Position numbers and translations under genes: made by a program
In this document: in pieces, positions 1 through 7,988 of the stretch
Layout: the number at the start of each line of letters is the position of its first letter
How positions within the stretch are numbered: position 1 is the first letter of the stretch
Notes under the pieces: model-generated
What the model saw: the letters and a program-made list of their open reading frames with translations, nothing else
Told to the model about the DNA's origin: nothing
Databases searched by the model: none
Source of the DNA: Elusimicrobiota bacterium
GTDB taxonomy: Bacteria > Elusimicrobiota > Elusimicrobia > Elusimicrobiales > UBA9959
Length of the DNA stretch: 12,286 nt
Direction of reading: 5' to 3'
NCBI GenBank assembly: GCA_027340875.1
Contig: DAIENX010000056.1
Location: forward strand, 1 to 12,286

Positions 1-1
1 C

Positions 2-1543
2 GCGCTCGTCCGCCCGCGCGCCGCCGGACGCGCTCTGGCCGCCGCGGGAGCCGCCGCGGTCCTGGGCCTCGCCGCCGCTTACGGCCCGAAGTGCTGGCGG
101 CTGAAGCCGCCGGCCCCCGTCCCGGCTAAAGCCGTGCAGACGGAAGGCTCCATGCTCTACGAGGCCGGACGGGGCCTGGTCTACGAGGACGGCAGGCTCC
201 TTCACGCGCCGGAGGACACCTCCGCCGAGGAGCTGGTACATATCCCGCTCCTGACCGGGAAACGGCCGCTCAGGGTGCTGCTTGTGGGAGGAGGAGCTTT
301 CTTCGCGCTGCCGGAGGTGCTCAAGCACGCTCCGCAGGAGGTCGATATCGCGGAGCCGGACCGCTTCAAGGCGGAAGAACTGGAAAGCGGGACCGGGGCG
401 AAGCCGGGCTCCTTCCGGCTGCTGCGCGAGGACCCGCGGGAGATGGCCGGCCGCTCCGGCCGTTACTCGGCGGTGATACAGGCCGCTGGCGCGCCCGAGA
501 ACGCCGCCCAGAACAGGCTCTACACGCTGGAATATTTCCGCAAGGCCGCCTCGCTGCTCTCGCCGGGAGGCCTGTTCGTCTTCCAGCTGCCTTTCTCCGA
601 GAACTACGTGCCGCCGCAGACCGCTTATACCGCGGCTTCGGTGCTTGCCTCGGCCAGGGCCGTCTTCCCGTCGGTGCAATTGCTGCCCGGGTCCAGGCTT
701 ACCGTCATCGCCTCCTCCGCGCCGGTGAAGCTCTCCGTACCGGAGCTGGCCGCGGAATACTCGAAGCGCCGCCTGCGCGACCGCGCGGTGGTACCGTCGG
801 CCTTTCCTTTCCTGCTGGACCCTTACCGCCGGGCCTGGGCCGCCGCGGAGATAGAGAGAGTGAAGGCTCCTCCGCTCAACACCGACCTCAACCCGCTCGC
901 TTATTTCAGGTTCTGGCGCTCGTGGCTTTCCATGGTGCTCTCCCCCTCCTCGCTGCTGGGGCTGGCCGCCCTGGCGGCCGCTGGCATCTTCCTGGCATGG
1001 AAGCTGAAGAGCAGCCTGGGATTCCGCGGGGAAGAACGGACGGGAGAGGCGTTCCTTATGGGGTTCTGGGGACTGGCGCTGGAAACGGCGGCGCTGCTGG
1101 CCTTCCAGGCGCGCACCGGCCGGCTGAGCCCGGAACTGGGGGCGATGTTCTCCCTCTTCATGGCCGGAGCCGCGGCGGGAGCGTGGTCGGCGAGGAACGC
1201 CGGAACGAAGACCATAGCGGCGACGGAAGCCGCGGCGGCGGTCCTGGCGCTGGCGGCCGCGGCGTGGCCGGAACTGGCCATGGCGCCCTGGACCGCGCGC
1301 GCGCTGCTGCTTTGCGCCGGAGCGCTGTCCGGGGCTTTCTTCTCGGCCGCGGCCTTAAAGAACGGGCCGGGCGTATATTCCTGGGACCTTATAGGAGGGG
1401 CGGCCGGCGGGCTGGCGGCGGCGGCTTTCGCGGCGCCGATCGCCGGCGTCCGCTCGGCCTTCGTAATAGCGGCGCTGGCCGCGGCGGCCGCGCTCGCAGG
1501 CGGCTACTTCTTCTCCTCGAAAGCGTCCACCCCGAAAGAATAA
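2..1543 (+). CDS. Membrane-fused spermidine synthase-like / class I SAM-binding fold protein, 5'-truncated by the window edge
   Basis: Frame 2 is open from base 2 (ALVRPRAAGRALAAAGAAAVLGLAAAYGP..., a TM-like stretch), so the listed GTG at 134 is probably not the start. Motifs: EELVHIPLL, VLLVGGG...EVLKH...VDIAEPD, NRLYTLEYF...LSPGGLFV and LNTDLNP, all typical of SpeE-like domains. These are followed by about 6-7 hydrophobic helices including YSWDLIGGAAGG. Stop TAA at 1541-1543. Confidence 0.75.
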   Translation, partial: ALVRPRAAGRALAAAGAAAVLGLAAAYGPKCWRLKPPAPVPAKAVQTEGSMLYEAGRGLVYEDGRLLHAPEDTSAEELVHIPLLTGKRPLRVLLVGGGAFFALPEVLKHAPQEVDIAEPDRFKAEELESGTGAKPGSFRLLREDPREMAGRSGRYSAVIQAAGAPENAAQNRLYTLEYFRKAASLLSPGGLFVFQLPFSENYVPPQTAYTAASVLASARAVFPSVQLLPGSRLTVIASSAPVKLSVPELAAEYSKRRLRDRAVVPSAFPFLLDPYRRAWAAAEIERVKAPPLNTDLNPLAYFRFWRSWLSMVLSPSSLLGLAALAAAGIFLAWKLKSSLGFRGEERTGEAFLMGFWGLALETAALLAFQARTGRLSPELGAMFSLFMAGAAAGAWSARNAGTKTIAATEAAAAVLALAAAAWPELAMAPWTARALLLCAGALSGAFFSAAALKNGPGVYSWDLIGGAAGGLAAAAFAAPIAGVRSAFVIAALAAAAALAGGYFFSSKASTPKE

Positions 1544-2976
1544 ATGGTGGTACCCGGCTGCTTCCAACAATCGCGCGGCAGACCGGCCTTCTGCTCGCAA
1601 AGCTCCCCCATGAAGGCTTCCTTATCCGGGATCTGTTCCCAGACCTGGGGCAGGAAAAGCCCGGACTTCCCGTCCCTGGCCACGACCACGCCGTCGCCCT
1701 TCTTGACGGCGGAGGCCTTTGCGGGCCTCAGCGGGGAGAGGACGGAAACTTCTATGCGCACGTCCGCGAGTTCTTCCTTCCCCAGCGGGTGGAAACGACC
1801 GTCGCGGAAAGCCGCGGCGAAAGCGCCGTAGCGCACGGCGTCCGTCAGCGTCATCGCGGGGGTCACCGTGCCGACGCAGCCGCGCAGCGACCCTCCCTTG
1901 GTAAGCGTGACGAAAGCGGCGCCCGGCAGGTTAAGGCGCGGGTCCGGGTCCAGGCCCTCCGGCTGGGGCGTTCCGGAGAACTGGCGTTCCAGGGTGACGC
2001 GGGCTTCCTTGAGCAGAACGGCTTTCTCGTCCGCGGAAAGGGAGAGGTCGGGCGCGCGGCCGGACTTGACGAAAAGACCGCTGATATAGCCGACGACGCT
2101 CTCAGGCCCCGCCTTCGGACTCTCCGAATTGGAATCGGACATCTTCAGGAGATGGAAAGAGGCGGCGCCCAGCCGGCGGGCGGCTTCCATGCCGGCCTCG
2201 AGCGCGGCCTCGCCGCAGGCGCAGGTCTCCAGTCCGGGGATCCTCTTGCGCAGCAGGTAGTGGGACGTGGTCCAGACCAGCTCCGGGTCCATGCTGCGGA
2301 TGGCCAGCAGCATGGCTCCGTCGGCTTCGGCCGCCACCGCCTTGGGAGGGTAATGGGAGAAGTCGGAGGAGACCACTATCAGCGCCTTCTTCCCCTTGAG
2401 CGCCGAGGCCAGGGCCGCGCCGACCGCCCTGGCGGTCCCGAGGTCGTCGGTGTTCATCACGGCCGCGAGCAGCTTGAAGGGCTTCTTCAGGCGGCGCTGC
2501 AGGAACGGCAGCTGCACCTCCACCGCGTGCTCGCGGGCGTGCGCGGACGGCCTGTTCTCGAAGAGCGGGCTGACCTTCATCAGCGCGGCAGCCAGCTCGC
2601 GGTCCGTAGGCACCAGGCCCAGCGGGGTGCGGTAGTCGTCGGAAGCCAGCAGGCCGGCGCCCTTGACCGCCTCCGTGTGGCCCGTGGCCAGGATAACTAC
2701 CACGTCGTAGGAATCCTTCACGAACCAGTAGGACATGGCGGCCAGCCTGCCGGAGAACTCGTACCCGGCGTGCGGGGCCAGCACCGCCACGATCCCGCCG
2801 GCCGGCTTCTTGGCGTCCTTCGGGACCGTCAGCCAGGCGTCGGCCTCGCGCGTCAGCTCCGCAGCATCGGCGGTATAGAACTTGCCGGCCACGACCGGCT
2901 CGCGCGCCTGCGCGGAACAGGCCGCGCAGACCGCCATCAGCGCTATAATATGCAGGATGACCGCCCGTCCCGTCAT
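1504..2976 (-). CDS. amrB: AmmeMemoRadiSam system protein B (Memo-like) fused to protein A (AMMECR1 domain), with a predicted N-terminal signal peptide
   Basis: Memo motifs: REPVVAGKFY, PHAGYEFSG, TPLG, EHAVEVQLPFLQ, SSDFSHY, ACG, SVVGY. AMMECR1 motifs from about 2040 down to 1507: AFVTL...LRGCVG, AAFRDGRF, IEVSVLSP, GLFLPQVW, LCEQKAGL. The ATG at 2976-2974 overlaps the upstream TGA (ATGA), so it is preferred over the ATG at 2982. Confidence 0.92.
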   Translation of the reverse strand: MTGRAVILHIIALMAVCAACSAQAREPVVAGKFYTADAAELTREADAWLTVPKDAKKPAGGIVAVLAPHAGYEFSGRLAAMSYWFVKDSYDVVVILATGHTEAVKGAGLLASDDYRTPLGLVPTDRELAAALMKVSPLFENRPSAHAREHAVEVQLPFLQRRLKKPFKLLAAVMNTDDLGTARAVGAALASALKGKKALIVVSSDFSHYPPKAVAAEADGAMLLAIRSMDPELVWTTSHYLLRKRIPGLETCACGEAALEAGMEAARRLGAASFHLLKMSDSNSESPKAGPESVVGYISGLFVKSGRAPDLSLSADEKAVLLKEARVTLERQFSGTPQPEGLDPDPRLNLPGAAFVTLTKGGSLRGCVGTVTPAMTLTDAVRYGAFAAAFRDGRFHPLGKEELADVRIEVSVLSPLRPAKASAVKKGDGVVVARDGKSGLFLPQVWEQIPDKEAFMGELCEQKAGLPRDCWKQPGTTIYSFGVDAFEEKK

Positions 2977-4208
2977 TTCCATATGCCCGGTATCTTAGTG
3001 CCGTCCCAGGGGCAGCGCCCGCCGGTAGGGGTAAGCCTGTCCTCCAGCACCGCGTAGCCGTAGCGGCGCACCAGTATCCGGCCGCACTTGGGGCAGTAGG
3101 TGTTCTCCCCCTCGGAACCCGGCGCGTTGCCGGTGTAGACGTAGCGCAGGCCCTTCTGCATCGCTATCTTCCTGGCCTTTTCCAGGGTTTCAAGCGGAGT
3201 AGGAGGGATGTCCGAAGCCAGGTAGTTCGGGCTGAAACGGGAAAAAAAAAGGGGCGTGTCAGGCCCCAGGTTCTCGGCTACCCAGCCGGATAGCGCGGCC
3301 AGGTCCGGTTCGGAATCGTTCAACCCAGGAATGACGAGGTTGACCACCTCCACCAGGGCATTTTTCCGCTTCAGTTCGAGCAGAGCCCTCTTCACCGCCT
3401 CCAGACTGCCGCCCGCGTAGCTGCGGTAAAAGCCCTCATTGAACCCTTTCAGGTCTATCTTCACCACGTCCATGTAAGGGAGCAGCTCGTCCAGGGGCTC
3501 CGGGTTTATGTAGCCGGCGCTGACCATGACGTTCTTAAGCCCTTTCAGGTGGGCGAGCCTGGCCGTGTCGTACATGTACTCGTAGAAGACGGTGGGCTCG
3601 GAATAGGTGTAGGCCACCGAGCGGCAGCGGGAAGCCAGCGCGTAGCGCACTATGTCGGCCGGCTGCAGGTAGGCGGTTTCAGAGGTGATGAGCTCCCCGT
3701 AGGACCGCCCGTCGGGAGCGACGGCGACCCGCAGCCCGGTGGGCACCCGCACCGACGCGGGCGCCTGCTCGGGGTAGATCTGCGATATCTCCCAGTTCTG
3801 GCAGCCCCTGCAGGAGAGATTGCAGCCCGGGGAAGCGAGAGAGTAGACGAGACTGCCGGGATACATGTGGTAGACCGGCTTCTTATCGATAGGATCGACG
3901 TGCACGGCGGAAGCCCTGGAGTAGATCAGCGTCTTCACCTTGCCGCCGTAGTTTATCCTGACCTTGCAGGGGCCCCGGGCCCCCTCAGGAAGGAAGCAGT
4001 CAAGCGGGCACAGGCGGCACTGCACGCCGTTGCAGACCGGAGCGGTGAACCGGGCCGGCCTGACGGACGGATTGTCCGCAGGGAAGAGCCTGGCGAACGT
4101 GGAGGGCGGAGGGAAGAAGGCCAGGAAGGCAGCGGCGGCCGCGGCGGCGCAGGCGGCCGAGACCGCCCAGGCCAGCGCAGCTGCATGCCCCCCCTTCCTA
4201 GAAGTCAT
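2973..4208 (-). CDS. amrS: AmmeMemoRadiSam system radical SAM enzyme
   Basis: Radical SAM motif CNLSCRGC at 3824-3801, followed by QNWEISQ. N-terminal VQCRLCPLDC...GPCKVR, DPIDKKPVYHMYPGS, AYTYSEPT, KIDLKGF, FSRFSP, YVYTGN and C-terminal TYCPKCG. Translationally coupled to the B/A fusion gene; its ATG abuts the TAA of the LOG gene. Confidence 0.93.
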   Translation of the reverse strand: MTSRKGGHAAALAWAVSAACAAAAAAAFLAFFPPPSTFARLFPADNPSVRPARFTAPVCNGVQCRLCPLDCFLPEGARGPCKVRINYGGKVKTLIYSRASAVHVDPIDKKPVYHMYPGSLVYSLASPGCNLSCRGCQNWEISQIYPEQAPASVRVPTGLRVAVAPDGRSYGELITSETAYLQPADIVRYALASRCRSVAYTYSEPTVFYEYMYDTARLAHLKGLKNVMVSAGYINPEPLDELLPYMDVVKIDLKGFNEGFYRSYAGGSLEAVKRALLELKRKNALVEVVNLVIPGLNDSEPDLAALSGWVAENLGPDTPLFFSRFSPNYLASDIPPTPLETLEKARKIAMQKGLRYVYTGNAPGSEGENTYCPKCGRILVRRYGYAVLEDRLTPTGGRCPWDGTKIPGIWK

Positions 4209-5081
4209 TTATTTGTGCTTCCCGTGGTTGCCGTTGAACGGGTGCTTCTTGTAGAAGTCCTGTATGCGCTTCACGATCTCCTCGCCGGTCTCCGCGAAGG
4301 AGAACAGCTTGAGGTCCTCCTTGGAGATGTAGCCCCACTTGGCTATCGCGGGGAAGTTGATCACGTCGGTCCAGTACTTCTTACCCACCAGCACTATGGG
4401 CAGGTGGCTCTTCTTGCCGGTCTGCACCAGCGTCAGCACCTCGAACATCTCGTCCATCGTGCCGAAGCCTCCGGGGCAGACGACCAGCGCGCGGGCGCGC
4501 ATCACGAAGTGCATCTTGCGGATGGCGAAATAGTGGAAGCGGAAGCAGAACTCCGGGGAAACGTACGGGTTCGGGCCCTGCTCCATCTCCAGCGTGATGT
4601 TGAGGCCGATGCTCTTGGCGCCGGCGTCGTGGGCGCCGCGGTTGGCGGCCTCCATGATGCCGGGGCCGCCGCCGGTCACGACCACCAGCTTCCTGCCGGG
4701 CAGCACGTCGCTCTGCGAGATCAGCCTGCCGAAATCCCTGGCCGCGTTATAGTATTTCTCCGAGCCGCGGAGGCGCGTCACGGAAGCGAGCTTGTTGCGC
4801 AGCACCGGATTCTTAGGGTCCTTCCGGAGCAGGGCCTTCACTTCCTTTATCCGCTGCTCTGTCTGTTCGGCGTCCCAGATGCGGGCGCTGCCGAAGACCA
4901 CCACCGTGGAAGTGACGCCCTTCTCGGCCAGCGTCATCTCCGGCTTGAGCAGCTCGAGCTGCAGGCGCACCGGGCGCAGCTCATCGCGGCTCAGGAATTC
5001 AGGATCGGTGTACGCCTTGCGGTAGGCTTTGGAATGCCTCAGCGCGAGCGTTTGCTTGCTGACTTTCGTGCTCATTTTCAC
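4209..5081 (-). CDS. LOG family protein (Rossmann-fold nucleotide monophosphate phosphoribohydrolase-like; TIGR00730-type, long form)
   Basis: Motifs VVFGSAR, TGGGPGIMEAANRGA, SIGLNITL..EQ.PNPY, FHYFAIRKMHF and PGGFGTMDE. SD AAGGAG at 5092-5087 lies 5 nt before GTG 5081; ATG 5075 is an alternative start. Confidence 0.9.
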   Translation of the reverse strand: MKMSTKVSKQTLALRHSKAYRKAYTDPEFLSRDELRPVRLQLELLKPEMTLAEKGVTSTVVVFGSARIWDAEQTEQRIKEVKALLRKDPKNPVLRNKLASVTRLRGSEKYYNAARDFGRLISQSDVLPGRKLVVVTGGGPGIMEAANRGAHDAGAKSIGLNITLEMEQGPNPYVSPEFCFRFHYFAIRKMHFVMRARALVVCPGGFGTMDEMFEVLTLVQTGKKSHLPIVLVGKKYWTDVINFPAIAKWGYISKEDLKLFSFAETGEEIVKRIQDFYKKHPFNGNHGKHK

Positions 5082-5118
5082 GGTAGCTCCTTATGCTTAC
5101 TGTTATAAACGCGCCGCC

Positions 5119-7005
5119 TCAGGCGGCCGTTTTCTCGACGCGGCGGCCCAGCCAGCGGGCTGACGCCGCCGCCATCTTTTCTGGCGTAAGTTCGACATCG
5201 TCATAAAGCTCGTCCGGCTTACCGTGCTCGACGTAAGAATCCGGGATACCCAGCCTGAGCAGGCGCTGATCAATGGATTCTGCGTTCAGGTACTCCAGCA
5301 CGGCCGAGCCGAAGCCCCCTGCCAGCGCGTTGTCCTCCGCAGTTACCAGCGGGCCGGCGGCCGCCAGCTCGCGCAGCAGGGCCCCGTCAAGCGGTTTGGC
5401 GAAACGCATGTCCGTCACGCCCGCGTCGATGCCGGCGGCTTTCAGCAGCTCGGCGGCCTTCACTGCCGGGTGCACCCTGTTGCCTATGGCGAGGAAATTC
5501 ACGTCGCGGCCGCGTGACAGGACCCTGCCCTTGCCTATCTCCAACGCGCGCGGCTCCGGATCCATCGTCACGCCGTAGCCCTTGCCGCGCGGATAGCGCA
5601 GCATGGCCGGCCTGCCGCAGGCCAGCGCCGTGGCCAGCATGTGCTGCAGCTCGTTCTCGTCGGCCGGCGCCATGACCACCACGTCGGGTATCATGCGGAA
5701 CAGGCCGAGGTCGAAGACGCCGTGGTGGGTGGGACCGTCCTCGCCGACTATGCCGGCGCGGTCCATCGCTATGACCACGGGCAGCTTCTGCAGCGAGATG
5801 TCGTGCTGCACCTGGTCGAACGAGCGCTGCATGAAGGAAGAATAGATCGCGGCGACAGGCTTCATGCCGTCGGCGGCAAGGCCCGCCGCGAAGGTGACCG
5901 CGTGCTCCTCGGCGATGCCCACGTCGTAATAGCGGCGCGGGAAAGTGTCGCGGAAAAGGTCCAGGCCGGTGCCCTCCGGCATAGCGGCCGTTATCGCGCA
6001 GATCTTGGGGTCCTTCTTCGCCAGCTCAACCAGCGTGCGACCGAAGACGGCCGTGAAAGTGGGCGCCTGCTTGCCCTGTCCGGCGGCTTTCTTCGCCTCG
6101 CCGGTCTCGATATCGAACTTAGGGGCTCCGTGGAAGTTGGTCGGGGCCTCCTCGGCGGGCTCGTAGCCGCGGCCCTTCTTGGTGACTACGTGCAGCAGCA
6201 CCGGGCCTTTAAGGTTCTTCACGTAGCCGAGCACCTCGGTCAGCTCCGCGAGGTTGTGCCCGTCGACAGGCCCGAAATAGGTGAAACCCATCTCCTCGAA
6301 GATCATGCCCGGGAAGAACAATACGCGCGCCCTCTTGGCCACGCGCAGGATCTTCTTGCCCCAGAACTGGAAGCGGTTCAGGAAAAGCTCCGCCTTGCGC
6401 TCGGCGTCCTGCACGGTGCCCAGCGTCAGCATCTTAGTCAGTATGTGGCCCAGCCGGCCTACGCGCTGAGAAATGAACATCTGGTTGTCGTTCAGGATGA
6501 CCAGCAGGTCCGTGCCCAGCTGGCCGACGTTCTGCATGGCCTCCCAGGCCATGCCGCCGGTCATCGCGCCGTCGGCGACCACCGCCACGACCCGGTGGGG
6601 ACTGCCTGCCTGGTCGCGCGCGGCGGCCATGCCCGCGGCCGCGGAGAGGGAGGTGGAGGCGTGACCCGCTCCGAACGCGTCGTATTCGGACTCGTAGCGT
6701 TTCAGGAAGCCGGACAGGCCGCCTTTCTGGCGGATGGTATGGAACTTGTCGGCTCTGCCGGTGAGGATCTTGTGGGCGTAAGCCTGGTGACCGGTATCGA
6801 AGATTATCCGGTCCCGGGGGGTATCGAAAACATAGTGTAGGGCCAGGATCAGGTCGGCCGCGCCGAGGCTGGAGGCCAGGTGGCCTCCTGTGCGGCTGAC
6901 GCCTTCGACGATAAGCTTGCGCACCTCGGCGGCCAGGGCCGGGAGCTGGGCCACGGTAAGCTTTTTAATATCCTCGGAGCCACGGATGCCTTTTAACAGT
7001 TCCAT
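5119..7005 (-). CDS. dxs: 1-deoxy-D-xylulose-5-phosphate synthase
   Basis: Motifs GGHLASSLG, FDTGHQAY, GAGHASTS, DGAMTGGMAWEA...ILNDN, GPVDGH, ITAAMPEGTGL, DVGIAEEHAV, YSSFMQR, DRAG and DGPTHHG. Follows ispA as usual. The ATG at 7005 lies 1 nt after the ispA stop and is preferred to GTG 7017. Confidence 0.97.
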   Translation of the reverse strand: MELLKGIRGSEDIKKLTVAQLPALAAEVRKLIVEGVSRTGGHLASSLGAADLILALHYVFDTPRDRIIFDTGHQAYAHKILTGRADKFHTIRQKGGLSGFLKRYESEYDAFGAGHASTSLSAAAGMAAARDQAGSPHRVVAVVADGAMTGGMAWEAMQNVGQLGTDLLVILNDNQMFISQRVGRLGHILTKMLTLGTVQDAERKAELFLNRFQFWGKKILRVAKRARVLFFPGMIFEEMGFTYFGPVDGHNLAELTEVLGYVKNLKGPVLLHVVTKKGRGYEPAEEAPTNFHGAPKFDIETGEAKKAAGQGKQAPTFTAVFGRTLVELAKKDPKICAITAAMPEGTGLDLFRDTFPRRYYDVGIAEEHAVTFAAGLAADGMKPVAAIYSSFMQRSFDQVQHDISLQKLPVVIAMDRAGIVGEDGPTHHGVFDLGLFRMIPDVVVMAPADENELQHMLATALACGRPAMLRYPRGKGYGVTMDPEPRALEIGKGRVLSRGRDVNFLAIGNRVHPAVKAAELLKAAGIDAGVTDMRFAKPLDGALLRELAAAGPLVTAEDNALAGGFGSAVLEYLNAESIDQRLLRLGIPDSYVEHGKPDELYDDVELTPEKMAAASARWLGRRVEKTAA

Positions 7006-7006
7006 A

Positions 7007-7936
7007 TCAGTTCTCACGCCTGAGGACGAACCCCGCTATCTCCGCGAGCGCCTCCTTCGGGGCGCCGCGGCCTTTCACCGAGGAAAGGCGGGAGAGGGCC
7101 CGGCTCAGGAGCTCCGCGGCTTTAAGCCTGGCCTCGCCCACTCCGAGCAGGGAGGCGTAGGTGAGCTTGCGGTTGCGGGCGTCGCTGCCGCTCTTGCCCA
7201 GCTTCTTCTTGTCGACTACCACGTCAAGGACGTCGTCCGCGACCTGGAAGCAGAGGCCTATCTCCCGGCCGAAGGCCGACAGCGCGCGGAAATCCTTTTC
7301 CGGGGCTCCGGCGAGCGCGGCTCCCATCTCGACCGCGGCGGTTATCAGGTCGGCGGTCTTGTGCAGGTGTATATAGGATAGGAGGTCCAGCCCAGAGCGC
7401 CGTTTGGCCGGGGTAAGCCTGCCGTCGAGGAAACCCTCGGCGTCCAGGTCCGCGGCCTGGCCGGAGACCATTCCCCTCGCCCCGGCCCTGGAAGAGAGGA
7501 CTGAGGCCGCCTTCACAAGGGCGGGCTTGGTCACCCGGGCTGGGTACCTGGAGGTCAGCAGGACCGTGAAAGCGTCGGTCAGCAGGGCGTCGCCGGCAAG
7601 TATCGCCAGCGCCTCGCCGTAGACCTTGTGGCTCGTCGGCCGGCCCCGGCGCAGATCGTCGTCGTCCATCGCGGGCAGGTCGTCGTGGACCAGGGAGTAG
7701 GTGTGGACCATCTCCAGCGCGCAGGCCGCGGGCAGGATGTCGGAAGCCTTGCCGCCGAAGATCTCGTAGGCCGCCCCCATCAGGACCGGGCGAAGGCGCT
7801 TGCCGCCGGCCGCCAGGGAGTAGGTCATGGCTTCGGCCAGGCGCGGCTGGGCGTCTTTAAGGCGCGAGATATGTACCGGAAGGGCTTTGTTGACCGCGGA
7901 GGCTCTTTCAGCGATGTACTTCTCTATGTCCATCAC
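7007..7936 (-). CDS. ispA: Polyprenyl (farnesyl/geranylgeranyl) diphosphate synthase
   Basis: Motifs GGKRLRP, EMVHTYSLVHDDLPAMDDDDLRRGRPT (first aspartate-rich motif), AILAGDALL, GMVSGQ..D, KT, FQVADDVLD (second aspartate-rich motif), GK and KLTY. Start is GTG 7936 or ATG 7933. Confidence 0.95.
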   Translation of the reverse strand: MMDIEKYIAERASAVNKALPVHISRLKDAQPRLAEAMTYSLAAGGKRLRPVLMGAAYEIFGGKASDILPAACALEMVHTYSLVHDDLPAMDDDDLRRGRPTSHKVYGEALAILAGDALLTDAFTVLLTSRYPARVTKPALVKAASVLSSRAGARGMVSGQAADLDAEGFLDGRLTPAKRRSGLDLLSYIHLHKTADLITAAVEMGAALAGAPEKDFRALSAFGREIGLCFQVADDVLDVVVDKKKLGKSGSDARNRKLTYASLLGVGEARLKAAELLSRALSRLSSVKGRGAPKEALAEIAGFVLRREN

Positions 7937-7941
7937 ACTTA

Positions 7942-7947
7942 ATTATA
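7942..7947 (-). promoter_or_regulatory. Perfect TATAAT -10 box directly upstream of ispA (possible leaderless transcript)
   Basis: The minus strand reads ATTTG-TATAAT-TAAGT-GTG-ATG in an AT-rich patch. No SD and no recognisable -35 element. Confidence 0.45.
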
Positions 7948-7988
7948 CAAATAATCGGGAGGGAGCGGGACCGGGTCCCCGGGTGGGG

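Noticed and set aside
922..3057. 711-aa + strand ORF
   Set aside because: It overlaps the spermidine-synthase-like gene out of frame and lies antisense to the well-supported Memo/AMMECR1 gene. It is Arg/Gly-rich with no motifs, a typical shadow ORF of GC-rich DNA.
3549..5108. 519-aa + strand ORF
   Set aside because: Antisense shadow of amrS and the LOG gene with no recognisable domain.
5641..6840. 399-aa + strand ORF and other short + ORFs across dxs and ispA
   Set aside because: Antisense shadows of conserved housekeeping genes.
4209..7936. Cytokinin biosynthesis cluster (dxs + prenyl synthase + LOG)
   Set aside because: No adenylate or tRNA isopentenyltransferase lies in the window, and LOG-family proteins of this type are widespread general nucleotide hydrolases.
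7967..7979. Small hairpin GGGAC-CGG-GTCCC after the PorV-like stop as a terminator
   Set aside because: Only a 5-bp stem with no adjacent U-tract, too weak to call.
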